Assembly: GCA_049999805.1 (NCBI GenBank)
Contig: JBNGIO010006380.1
Span: 174,769 to 208,785 of the forward strand
Source of the DNA: Folioceros fuciformis
Lineage: Eukaryota
Length of the DNA stretch: 34,017 nucleotides
Reading direction: 5' to 3'
Shown here: piece by piece, positions 22,149 through 33,600 of the stretch
How the letters are laid out: each line of letters opens with the position of its first letter
How positions within the stretch are numbered: the stretch's first letter is position 1
Notes under the pieces: model-generated
What the model saw: only the letters and a program-made list of their open reading frames with translations
What the model was told of the DNA's origin: nothing
Database searches by the model: none
Translations under genes and position numbers: made by a program

Positions 22149-23987
22149 ATGGGGCGGCGTGACATGGAGGGGCAAGAGGAGGAGGGAGTGTTGCTATATT
22201 ATAAGTTTACCAGCATCCCGGACCGAGAAGCAGCGAAATCGTGGTTCTTGTCGCTCTGTACCAATCTGTGTCTAGTGGGACGCATCCGTGTAGCGCCTGA
22301 TGGAGTCAGCGTGACTGTTGGAGGGAAGATGGTGGCCTTGCAAGCTCACGTTGAGGCTGTTTCTGCCAACCCACGGTTTGAGGGCACTGATTTCAAGCTG
22401 GCATACTGCACAAATCCTGTGGATGAGGAGAAGGCTCGGCAATGTGGCTTCGATTCGCTATCAGTCCGTGTGGTGAAGGAGCTGGTGACCTTAGGCATGC
22501 TTTCCTCGAAACCCGAGATTTCTATCTCCCAGGCAGGAGAACACCTGTCTCCCGAACAGTTTCACAGGGTACTTAAAGACGCTGGAGAACGTTGTATGGC
22601 AACAGAGCCTACGACACCTTCCTCCGGAGTTGTGATGGTGGATGCCAGGAACATCTACGAGACAAGGATAGGAAAATTCTGCCCACCAACGGGAGTGCAG
22701 TGTTTGGATCCAGGTGTACGTCAGTACAGTGACTTGCCAAAGTGGATTGACAGGAACGAAGACAATCTGCGGAACAAGCGGATCCTCATGTACTGCACAG
22801 GTGGCGTGAGGTGTGAGATGGCATCCGCCTACATCCGTTGCAAGGGTGAAGGATTCCAGGACGTGTTGCAATTGTCGGGTGGCATTCAGAGGTACTTGGA
22901 GGCATTCCCACGTGGTGGGTTCTTCAAGGGGAAGAATTTTGTTTTCGACCATAGGATATCCGTCCCCAGTCTGGATAGTGGTGTCGTGGGCTCTTGCTTG
23001 CTGTGCAGTGTTTCGTTTGACGATTACTCTGCCAGGGTGCGGTGTTCCCTCTGTCGTATGCTGGTGCTTGTCTGCGATGACTGTCGCAAGGAGGGCAAAT
23101 CAGGGTCGGGGTATGTCTGTGAATTATGTCAGAGTCTTGACGGAGTTACAAAAGCTCTCGCAACAGCTGATGAAATGCCTGATGAGGCAGAGGTATCCGC
23201 TTTCACTGTTGCTGTCGGCTGCATAGCTCAATCCCCCAAGTCTTTGCGGAGCCAGAAACTGCGGATCCTGTGTCTGCACGGGTTTAGACAAAGTGCCTCC
23301 ACTTTCAAGGGCAGAACAGCAGCCTTTAGGAAGAAGCTGAAAGGGGTAGCAGATTTCGTCTTCATAGATGCACCACACGAGCTTCCCTACGTACGAGCAA
23401 TGGTGGAGAGATCTGAAGAAGCAGGAGCAAGCTTAGAGAATCTTCCGGTACAGGGAAGGAAGTATGCTTGGCTCGTCACGCCTGAAACCTTGCAAGCATC
23501 GAAGCATCTGGAGAGATGTTCAATGCTGGAGGGACCCTTCGACCCACTGCAGTACAAAACCCAAACTGCAGGGTGGGCAGAATCATGGCTCTCTCTGCAG
23601 AACGTGTTTGCGGAGCAGGGCCCCTTCGATGGAGTGCTGGGTTTCTCACAGGGTGCGGCAGTAGCTGCAGCCCTGTGTGCTGCTCGTCGCACAGATCCAC
23701 TGAAACTAGTGGATTTCAAATTTGTGATTTGTTGTTCAGGATTCCTATCCCCTGCCCCTGAGCACGTCCTGGCCATGCCATCCGGCGAGCTTGTGGACTG
23801 CCCGTCACTACACATTTACGGCGGAACCGTTGGCCATGACAGACAGATCACTCCTGCAGAAAGCCAGCAGTTGGTATCCATGTTCGAGCCAGGTTCTGCA
23901 GTCTCCATCAGACACGAATTCGGACACTTGATTCCTTCAAAGCGGAATTACATCCAGGCTTACCTACAATTCTTCAATAAATTCTAA
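22149..23987 (+). CDS. STR6: Rhodanese-like domain protein 6 type: TrhO/UPF0176-like rhodanese fused to an FSH1 serine hydrolase, intronless
   Basis: GVLLYYKF, GRIRVAPDG, DARNIYETRIGKF, MYCTGGVRCE, GKNFVFDHR, Cys-rich linker, then LRILCLHGFRQ, FDGVLGFSQGA, GHLIP. Start is ATG 22149 or 22164. Confidence 0.92.
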   Translation: MGRRDMEGQEEEGVLLYYKFTSIPDREAAKSWFLSLCTNLCLVGRIRVAPDGVSVTVGGKMVALQAHVEAVSANPRFEGTDFKLAYCTNPVDEEKARQCGFDSLSVRVVKELVTLGMLSSKPEISISQAGEHLSPEQFHRVLKDAGERCMATEPTTPSSGVVMVDARNIYETRIGKFCPPTGVQCLDPGVRQYSDLPKWIDRNEDNLRNKRILMYCTGGVRCEMASAYIRCKGEGFQDVLQLSGGIQRYLEAFPRGGFFKGKNFVFDHRISVPSLDSGVVGSCLLCSVSFDDYSARVRCSLCRMLVLVCDDCRKEGKSGSGYVCELCQSLDGVTKALATADEMPDEAEVSAFTVAVGCIAQSPKSLRSQKLRILCLHGFRQSASTFKGRTAAFRKKLKGVADFVFIDAPHELPYVRAMVERSEEAGASLENLPVQGRKYAWLVTPETLQASKHLERCSMLEGPFDPLQYKTQTAGWAESWLSLQNVFAEQGPFDGVLGFSQGAAVAAALCAARRTDPLKLVDFKFVICCSGFLSPAPEHVLAMPSGELVDCPSLHIYGGTVGHDRQITPAESQQLVSMFEPGSAVSIRHEFGHLIPSKRNYIQAYLQFFNKF

Positions 23988-24045
23988 AAGGCATTAGTCC
24001 CTGCCTAGTCTCACTCTTGAACGTATGTACTATCCAAATTCCGCT

Positions 24046-24900
24046 CTACAAAACCAGTCTGCCCGCGAGATACCAGGAGTGGACTGCCAAGCCTCCGAAA
24101 GCAAAGAGATTGGACAAAGACGACAATCCATGAACCATCCCGAATCTCTTGTTCATAGCAGCCAGCTTGGGGCTCCGCTTCGCAACCTCCAGGTTCTTGG
24201 ACCTGCCAACCTCGTCCCCGATGTTCTCCTCCCGTTCAATCTTATGCCTCTCCCGCATCAGCTGCCATCCAAGAATTCCACGCGCTCCCAGTTAACACTC
24301 ACCACAACGGCGCGATAAACAGCTCTCCTCAGCGGCCTCACATTGCAACTCACCTTGATGGTGAGCGGCTGGAAGAAGGCGAGATTGAGGAAGATGAAGA
24401 AAAGCGAGGCTCCCAGCGACGCCAGCTGCAACCTCTCAAGCCCGCTCGCAGAACTCAAGGGATGCAGGGTGGCGAACGCCGCAGTGCAGATGGCGGCACA
24501 GGCGGCAACCAACTTAAAGAAGACAGGGAACATCTGGGCCTGCAGGTTGCCGAACTGGTGCCGAGGCAAATGCCTGCGCGCGAGAGGAGCAAAGGCACAC
24601 TGAGGTGCCGATGCCTAAACCAGCTGCTGCAATCAATCAATCCAACCAATTCCGCACTCAATCCTACTTGAACATGATGATGCCGCCGATGAAGGTGACC
24701 CAGAGCGAGGACCCGAAAGCCGTGGCGAAACTGAGAAGATGCGCCAGCCGCAACGCCAACAGGCCCCCACTGCTCGGGAAACTCTCCTGCTCCGCCAGGC
24801 CCCCTGCATCCTTCAGCCTGCCTGTCCAGGCCTCCGGCGACACCACCAGTCCCGCAGCCAGGAAACAGAGCATCACGACGAACCTGGTGATCCACGCCAT
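24046..24900 (-). CDS. TMEM205: TMEM205-like (DUF4149) membrane protein. Exons 24900-24668, 24573-24354, 24261-24046
   Basis: LAHLLSFATAFGSSLWVTFIGGIIMFK-HLPRHQFGNLQAQMFPVFF..NLAFFQPLTIK-LMRERHKIERE..NKRFGMVHGLSSLSNL. GT-AG introns in phase. Confidence 0.92.
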
Positions 24901-26393
24901 GTTTCCGCTTCCTCCTATTCTTGCGACCCAGGTCCGGCTACACAAGTTTTGTCCCCACAACACTGCTCCTTGTCATGGTCTTTTTCCCCCCAAAAATGTT
25001 CCTCAGCTAGGTGGGTAGATGCCACCCACTAGATACCTTCGGTGCAACCCGAGGCGCGAGTAGGTAGGTCTTGCAGCTTTACCCGAAGCTCGCGGGCTCT
25101 GGGTAGTGGAAATCACCCCTAGCTCCCAGGACGCGTTTGATGATCAGTGTAGGAAGTGGGCACACGGTCGTTGTTGCAAGCGTAGGTTTATGAACCCTCC
25201 GGTTGTTGACGACGTAGCGGTAAGGATGGAAGACGGGGTCCAGCTTGCAGAGGGTCTACGCCATACCTACGCAACTACGTCGGGCGCACTGATCGTCCCG
25301 TTGTTTGTCGTCAGAACAATCCACCGGTGTGCAATTGGGGTTCCTATGTTGACTCCTGTTTGTAAATGGGCAGGACGTCACATTGACGGTGACCGCTGCG
25401 TCATCCAGGACGATAGTTAAATCTACCATAGACTGGTTTTGGGATTGATACTGGGAGAGTTGTGCTAGAAGAGAAGCCCAGGCTGCTTAAGAAGTGGTGC
25501 AGTGTAGTTTGGGGATAGAGGAAGCCATTCCTTCTTTCAAAGTACCTCTGGTGAAGGAAGACGGGATTCCCAGAGCTAAGGTGGTCCTCGATGTCGAGAA
25601 AGAGTGTCGAGCAAAGGCTGCAACATCAGGGGCAAGGCTTGCTGGTGTTTCTGAAAGTTCAGCTCCAGTATTTTGAATCACAGCTGGTGCGGGCAAAGCC
25701 TCTGCAGCTCAAGAACGGATTGAACCAGAGAGTGACTTGAGCTCGTCAGAAACTTATGACTACGAAGCCCATGTGGACTGAAAAGCTTGTTCGGGTTTGC
25801 GCTTGAAAATTTGTGGTGGTTTGTGGCTTCTGATTGCCTACGTCATTGTTGGGTGTCTACTTGTACAGCTCATACGTAACATAAATCGGTGTGATGTATG
25901 CAGTGAGCAAATATGAAAGAAGCTGCAAGTTAGCCATCACTTCACCTGCAGAAGGAGAAGGAGGGAGAGAGATCAAAGAGCAATAGGCTAAGGCTCATAC
26001 GAAGGTGGACGAGTTTGAAATGAAAGTACAGCAGGGCTACTCAAATCTGGCTAATGACTTGCCCCAGGATTTCGCACGGTGAAACAATCAATAGATGGTT
26101 TGGTCTTTGTCGTAGCCAGGGGCTATGGTAAGTGATTTTTAAGTGTAAGATTTGGCTGATTCCAGCTTGGGATTAGGGTGGAAAGAGTGTGCTTCACGAC
26201 GAAGCCCATGCATTTTTAGTGAATCTTCTGGATGGATTATGTTTTGAGTTGGTCTTTCGGAGGAGGAAAACGTGCTTGGAGAACAAAATGGCGACGAAGA
26301 GAAGCAGCGTTGCAGTCTTCATCAAGGACAAGCTTCAAACATCCTCGAAGTGCAGGCTTGGCAAGTGCTCCTTTGAGGACAAGTTTGCTGTCC

Positions 26394-27499
26394 TCAGTTT
26401 TTGCTAGCAGTCTTCTGCTTTGTACCTTTGTGTGTGAGTGGAGGGTCTGGAGAGGGAGGGGCTGGGGATCTTATTTCCTTGTTGCCCTTCTTTTGTTTGC
26501 CCGCAGCTTCCGGGGGAGGCGGAGGTGCAGCAGGAGCATCTGGCTGTCCCCGCTTTCCTTGCTTCTGCTTGCCATCTGCAGCAGCGTTCGGAGGAAGCGC
26601 CTGTGTGGAATTAGGGTTAGGGTTGGAGTCGGAAGCGGGTGCGGCATCCAGTTGTTCAGGCGGGATCCGCTTGGGGAATGTCTTGATGGGGTGGATTGGA
26701 AGCGGGCCAGGATCGGCCCAAGGGAGCATCTGGAGAGCTTTGCGGGAAGTGTAGGGGAAGATGGTAGAGAAGCGGGACTTGATGGGAGGCAGGTGCTTGC
26801 CGCCGCTCGACATTAGGCCCTGGCCCGTCTTGAGGATCTTGCGGGGCCTGGGTGGTGGGGGAATGTAGGGCTTCGGCGGAGGTCGCGGAGCGGGATCGTC
26901 CCACATGTGCTTGCCGTCCTGCCATACTTTGATGGGGGCATCGGGGGGGGGCCCGGGTCCGCCCAGTTCACCATGGCAATGGCCTTGCGCGACGTGTATG
27001 GGAAGAGGCGGGAGAAGCGGGACTGCATAGGCGGGAGATGCTTGCCGTCGCTGGCCATCAGTCCGCTAGGGGGCTTGCGCACGGGGAAGTCGGGGTGGCG
27101 CCGCCGGTAGCTCTTGCGGGGGTGGGCGATGATGCCGGCGTCCAGGTACGGGATCATCTTGAGCGCCTGCCGGGAGCTGTAGGGGAAGAGGACAGAGAAT
27201 CGGGACTTGTCAGGGACCAGGTGCACGCCATCGCTTGACATAATCCCTCCTCCTTTCTTGAGGAAGACGAAGGGAGGAGGCGGCGGGTCTTTCCACTCCG
27301 CCTCGTCCTTGAGGCAGTGAGGGCACCGCGCCGGAAAGGAAATGGCGAACCGGTCCCAGAACTCTAGCCATTCGTCGCTCCATTCCTCTAGCTTCTCCCT
27401 CTGGTGGATGCGCGCTAGGAGATGGAACACCTCGCAGCTGTGGAATACTGCTGGCTTAGGGAAGTCGATGATGTGAACCTCCTCCGGCAGGGGCCACAT
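26394..27499 (-). CDS. Unrecognised Pro/Lys-rich protein with three copies of a ~38-aa motif, split by a 1-nt frameshift at the G9 run 26943-26951
   Basis: Motif G(L/I)M(S/A)S(D/G)G(K/V)HL.P..SRFS.(L/I)FPY(T/S)SR.A..M....D.G occurs twice in ORF 26813-27553 and once in ORF 26394-26906. The region is GC-rich and coding-like. ATG at 27499. Confidence 0.7.
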
Positions 27500-28203
27500 C
27501 GTACCTCCTCCTCTCCTGCCTCCCGGGACCACGGGCACGCACCGAGCCCTCACTCTACTTGCAGGTTTACCCGCACACCGTCCATGAAAAGTCCCTCAGC
27601 CGCGCAGATCTCAATGGTTGTCCCTCCGCACCTGTCTGCCCTGAAAGGGCAGCACCCTCCACATACATGGGCAGGATAAAAGCACTTCAAGACACTTCAA
27701 GCCAAGACACAACCTCCGTAAAATGTCGTCTACTCTGCGTAAGCATCAAAATGTGAAGCATGACATCGTACTTTTGATACTCCTATGAGAAAAAAGTGTA
27801 GAGAAGAGTCCCTGTCCCTCCTTCCATGTTCACATTGCTGCTCAGCATCAGAGCCTCGACATCACCTACACAATCAGAGCATTATACTCGTGCTCCTAGG
27901 AACCTATCCTACCTGTGCGGAGAGACAAGCATAGGCCACAATATTCGAGCCCGATGTCTGACTTGCGAAGACCTTGTGGAGAGGCATCTCTTACTGCAGG
28001 CGTTGCCCTCCTGAGCAGTTTGCAGTCCAGATGTTTCACAAGGACCCAGGTGGAGCCTGACGGTGTGAACATGGCCAAAGAATCAAATCTGGATTGTGCA
28101 TTGACATGAGCAGCGGAAAGAAGGGAGAAGGTTGTTGCTGTCAGCATCCGCATGGAACAGACGTAGCAGCCAAGGACTGCATAGTACTCTGTATGGGCTG
28201 TCG

Positions 28204-28857
28204 TCAGGTTGACCTTGGCTTGGGGGCAACATACTCCTCGAAGCGGGTATGGCCGGTCTGCTTGCAATGTTCGGCCGCCCCGGTTTCCCCGACCACTCCC
28301 ATCTGGCAGATGCCACAGCGCAAAGTAAACTTGGCTGTGTCGGTAAACTTCCTAGCTCTGTGGCACTCGTCGATGAGCTTCTCCGCCAAGCTACCAGCGG
28401 CGCCGATGCCGCCATTCTTGTCCACGTTGAAGATGGTCTGGTCCACCTCGTCGGGGGCGTCGGGGAAGGGAGCCATGGCCAGGGCGTCGTAGTGCAGGCC
28501 GTCGTAGATGAGCATGACCCGCTCCTTGTACGCCTTTCCCTGCCCGTATACGTCACATCTCTTAGTCTGGATGTCGTAGGCGGCGATCTCCCGCTGGTAG
28601 TAGTCCGCCAGGATGGCCAGCTCGATGGCTCCTCCCCATTTGCTGGGCGTGAGGATCCAGCGGCAGTACTCCTTGTTATCCTTCCCCAGAATGGCATTTG
28701 AGTACGTCTCAGGATCGCTGCTGACAGCGGTAGCAATAACCTTCCTCAACTCCGCTGCCTTCTCCCTATTGTGCTCCATCACGTAGCCAACGGCGTTGAA
28801 GAGGCAGCTGTTGTCCGCCGGGATCACCCGCCTCACCACCACTCCCCCGTCCTCCAT
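28204..28857 (-). CDS. OTU2: OTU-domain deubiquitinase (OTU1/YOD1 type) with C-terminal C2H2 finger, intronless
   Basis: VVRRVIPADNSCLFNAVGY (catalytic Cys), WGGAIELAIL, LIYDGLHYDAL (His), LRCGIC..AAEHCKQTGH. Confidence 0.95.
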   Translation of the reverse strand: MEDGGVVVRRVIPADNSCLFNAVGYVMEHNREKAAELRKVIATAVSSDPETYSNAILGKDNKEYCRWILTPSKWGGAIELAILADYYQREIAAYDIQTKRCDVYGQGKAYKERVMLIYDGLHYDALAMAPFPDAPDEVDQTIFNVDKNGGIGAAGSLAEKLIDECHRARKFTDTAKFTLRCGICQMGVVGETGAAEHCKQTGHTRFEEYVAPKPRST

Positions 28858-28985
28858 CGCTGCTGAAAGGCCAGAAAAATGCAAACCTCGCACGCTAAAG
28901 CAACCCTAGGCCGAGGCGGATGTAATTCCGATGGGGGCTCCGACTTTATCTGCGCTACGTGCCGTCGGGAGGGAAGAGCGCCGAG

Positions 28986-30252
28986 TCAGGTTGTCTTCTT
29001 CTTGTGTCTGGGTGAATATCCAGGCCCACTTCGGAATTTGTACCAAGGGACGCATACAGACGTGCTTCTCTGGTACTCTCGATATTGAGCAGCACGGGAC
29101 TCGGATTCTAGCATCTTCCGTTCCACAAGAACAGTGACATATGCTAGGCAGGCAGAATTGACTGCAGCACCCACGGACTCCCAGCCTTGCCCCAGGTTCC
29201 AGGAGAACAAGCTCAGGCCCCACCACCATAGCTGCTCCCCGAAGTAGTTAGGGTGCCGAGAGTAGAACCACAGCCCCTGCTGGAGGACGAGCGGTGCAGG
29301 GGCTCCCAGTTGCTTCAAGATTTGTTTCCTTGTCATGTAAGTGTGGAGCTGCGTATCTGCGAAGTATGCGATGACCAGGGAGCTGAAGCACACCAGCGTT
29401 GTCAGTGTGTCGTATGTGTTCCAGGGCAGGGTGCTGGTGTGGATGGTGTACAGGGGGAGGCAAATGCCTACGAGAAATACCTGTCAGCCAGCAAGCAAGA
29501 AAGCAAAAGCATAAAGAGATGGAATTCATTACCAAACTTCTTCCAGATGCAGAAGGTGCGAGGTCGTCTGACACAAACCTGCTGGGAAACATACACTATG
29601 AAGAAGGAAATCCACCACCAGTTCCCCCGATGCTTGGCCCGTAGGGCAGCAAACCTCCAATCTTCTCGCTCGCCCCAGTTCCAATTTTCCCTTCGGAAGT
29701 AGGAGTGCGTGAGGCGCAAGCTCCACAGCCACAGCAGGCTTAACACCACTCGGGACCGCCACTTGTCAGAGCTGGCTGACGGGTGGCTGGCATAGTAGTG
29801 GCCCATCATCACAGGCAAGATCGTCCAGTAGACGTCGATGAGCTGAGCCATGGAGGGACAAGACAAGCATCCCCAAGTAGTGTCAGCTTCCATCGTCTGC
29901 CCTACTCGTGCCAATATCGCAGAGGCAAGACAAGCAATCGGAAGAGTCCATCTTCTGCCCTAATTGTGCCAAAATAGTATGCATGAAGGTAGCTCACCCA
30001 TGTGCTCTGTTGCACCAGGCTGATGATCCAGAACAGCACATTGACGTTGAGGAGGAAGAGAACATTGAGCAGAGCAATCGGGTGACTAATGCCCCACTCA
30101 CAGATCCAGCCCCACCAGCCTGGCTCCTCTGCTGCTGGTCGAAGGTTGAGGAACGCATAGAAGAAGAGAAGAGATGGAGTGGCTACGGCAACAGCCAGCA
30201 GCCCGTTACGCCGATTCCGAGCAGCTTGAGCTGCTCCACCTGCGCCCACCAT
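28986..30252 (-). CDS. DUF1295 steroid 5-alpha-reductase-like membrane protein. Exons 30252-29998, 29842-29579, 29480-28986
   Basis: QQSTW-LIDVYWTILP, WSLRLTHSYFRRE.W.WGEREDWRF, ADTQL, GLWFYSRHPNYFGEQLWWWG, YREYQRSTS. Confidence 0.92.
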
Positions 30253-30656
30253 GGATCCCAGACTACCCAACCAGCCCTCCAGTCAATGCAAAGGATCCCA
30301 ACGTCCACTCTCCTCGTCTAAGTGCGGTCGGAAACAAACTGCCTGATACGGTGGGTGTTACAGAACCGTGATCTGGAGAAAGCGATAATGAAAAATTCGT
30401 GTGTCAATGTCCGGAGAACCAAGCCCGCTCTTCTCTTGTCCTTCACCAGATAAGCAATCCATACGTACGCACACGTAGCTCAAACTGAGCGCGTGACAAA
30501 CGGCACCAGAGTCTCGACTCCCTCGTTCCTTCCGGCCCTGCATACTATACGATGATTTGGACACAGGAACGGATACATCGTATAGCAGCCCTTGACAAAG
30601 AAGGGGACTTTGTGTGACAAGGTTTTCTTCTTGTGGAACTCATTGGTTTCCAACAT

Positions 30657-33600
30657 TCAAAGGTGGTCCACAACAACATTAGCTAGCGCAGGTCTGTACA
30701 CGTCCGACCGCGGGTTTCGGACAAGCAAAAAAATGTCCTCGTCGGGGCCCCAAAGCCGGTATAAGCCCTGGGCCGCCCTCATCTTCACCAGCTCGCAGAA
30801 AGCGACGGCATTTGCAGGGTTGCTGGGACAAAAAGCGTTTTAGCGTCAAATGGCCATTGCAATCACTACAGATGCGTCAACTCTACAATGAAGTTAAGTG
30901 CAGACGACAGCCTCACCTGCCGCGGACTTCAGGGGACGTCACAAATCCAATGGGCTCCCTGCACTCAAGAGTCGGTCTTGGTCCAGGCTCTTCTGCTTCA
31001 GTGGGTTTCTCTACTGAGGAGAGGCCTGAAGAGGATGGCTTCCTTCTCTTCCGCCGCCCCTCCCCTTGCCCTTCTGGCCATTCAAGTTGGTCTTCGTGTT
31101 TCCTTTTTTTATCGTGCCCGTTGAAATGGTGTCCCTGCCATTGGATCAGTCTGATACATACCACCAGTCGATTCTGTAAGAAAAGATGAAGCAACGAGGA
31201 TGGCATGATCATAACCTGAAGTGTAAAACCAAGTCAGGAAGACTGATCACCTGTTGGACCAAGCATCTTTGTCTTCTGAGGCAGGCAAGCACACAACAGC
31301 CCCTTCCTCGATTAACCCCTTTCTCGGAGCCCTCATAAGAACTCTCACAAAGCAAGTATCTCCTTTCCTCAGGGTGGAGAGTGGTGCTCCTGAAACTGCA
31401 TTTGCATTGAAACCTACCTGCAAATGCATACCCTCAACGGCAAGAGCTTGAGTGATCGTTGCCAGACTCCTGGCGACAAAGCTGAAAGACTGAGTTTTGC
31501 TCGAGGACTTTGAGCAAGCATGTAGAGCCTGAGCTGGGCCTGCTGTTGGTGTTCCGACTGTTGCTATCGTGGAAACCGGGCCATCACCATCTGAGGCCTG
31601 ATCAGGTGCCTCTAATTGCTGACCACTATCATTTCCACACACTACTATTCGCGACTCCATCGACTCATTTCCAGCCAACTTTGGATCTTTAACATCCGCC
31701 ACACACTCTTCTGGAATTGTGGTACCATCAACAACAAGACTGTGCATATCTGTATCTTGGGCCTGATCAGGTGCCTCTATTTGCTGACCACTATCGTTTC
31801 CGCACACTACCATTCGAGACTCCATCGACACATTTCCAGCCAACTTTGGATCTTCAGCATCCACCGCACATCCTTCTGAATGTGTAGGACCATCAACAAC
31901 ACGACTGTGCATATCTGCGTCCGCGGCAATACAATCCGCTTGCACTTTGGAATCACCATTACATAAGTCCGTAGTAGCTGTTGTTTGTTTCTCATACTGA
32001 AAACCCCAGGACCAAGGTGCACAGAGCGGCTTCCGCTTTCCAGGGGGACGTTTGCTGTTGTATTCCTGCTCCGACGCATCCTTCTCACGCATATACTGAT
32101 CATAAGACCTGCAATCAGGGAAGTCGAAAGGAAACGAGGGAAGTCCAGCCTGAATTCCAAAGCAAAGTAGGTCAGATCAAGACGGATTGATAAAACGGAA
32201 AACACGCCACGTCCACCGGAGTCACTGAGCTAAAAACAAAACGAGAACAAGGACTCACATCAGTCATCAACCATCGTAGCTCTCTCAGGCCAATCACATG
32301 GCCACCAGCGAATACAAGAGGTACCCAGAATGCTCGAACCCAAGATATCGGCATGATGATAGACCACCTGCACCAAGGTCCCTCACGTCAAGTCATATAA
32401 AAAGGGAAAATCCCACCTAGCAAGAAACAAAATCCAGGTACGACTTTCTTACCCAGAAGCAGATGGAGATTGAGCTTCGTGTCTTAAGAGCAAAACAGAG
32501 CATCCGGAATAGCCCTCAGGCTGCACAATCTCATTCCTTTGTCCTGGTTGTGAGGGATCATACAGACATAACCGCTGTTGATGTCTCTTGGCACTTAGAG
32601 CTTTCTCTGTCAAAGGATGTTCCCATGTACAAGGTTCTGTTTCCTGGGTGGCCCCCTTCTGGTGCGGATGCCACCAGTGTCGACATACACAGTTAGTCTC
32701 TGCGATCAGCTCAGTAACCTCACTGCCCACACCAGCCATCATCAAGTCCCTGCAGTCTTCTTCCTCCATGAAACTGTCCTCTTCTCCCATGGACGGATTG
32801 GAAAGGATAGAAAACGGTCTAGGCAGGTATCTAGCTTGCTTCTCAGGCGTCTCCCGAGGATCATAAACATACATAGCCAAAATCGCTCTGCCTGGGAGAG
32901 AATTGACTGCTTTGGCAAAGAGGTCAACTGAGACAGGTATTGATGGTTGATTAATCTCCTTTGCACATTCATCAATCTCTGGAATTCCTGGTTGCAAGCT
33001 GTCTCGAGACTTCTCCTCACAGTTTCCACTAGGTGGGCGGCTTCTGTGAACAATACAAGGAAGTCAGAGCTCCATATCTCTGATTAGCCCACTCCAACTT
33101 GCAGCACTCTTCTGATAGTGACATACCTAAGATAAGGATGCACCACTTTCTGTAAGACTTGCAATGAACCAGCCCCTAGGACTTCAAGCCTTCCAAATTC
33201 TCCAGTCCTTGACCGACAATTTACCAAACCACCCTGAAAGGCTCGAAAACTACGTGACCCTGACCATCCCATACCAGCCATAAAACCCTTTTGATGCTAC
33301 ACTAACAGTCTGCAGTATCTTGTACCTGCAATTTGCACGCTCCCTGAAGTGATTTCAACGACTCCTCATGAGCAGCAGGATGAACCCATATCCAAAGACG
33401 ACGTGCAACTGCAAGTGCTACTGACATTTCTTCCTCCCCAGAATCATTTGACAGGTTTGCAGAACAGGAGGGACGCCACATATACTGAACAGGACCAACA
33501 GTCCCATGAGGAGCTCTTCCTGGCTGGTGGAGCTGCATGCCGAAGAAAGGTGGTAAATACAAACCAGAGCACGGCACAACCTTGTTTCAAACTCAGCACA

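Noticed and set aside
28083-28736. 217-aa alternative-frame ORF over OTU2, and similar shadow ORFs over the Hsp70-like and STR6 genes
   Set aside because: Expected by-product of high GC at third codon positions in real genes.
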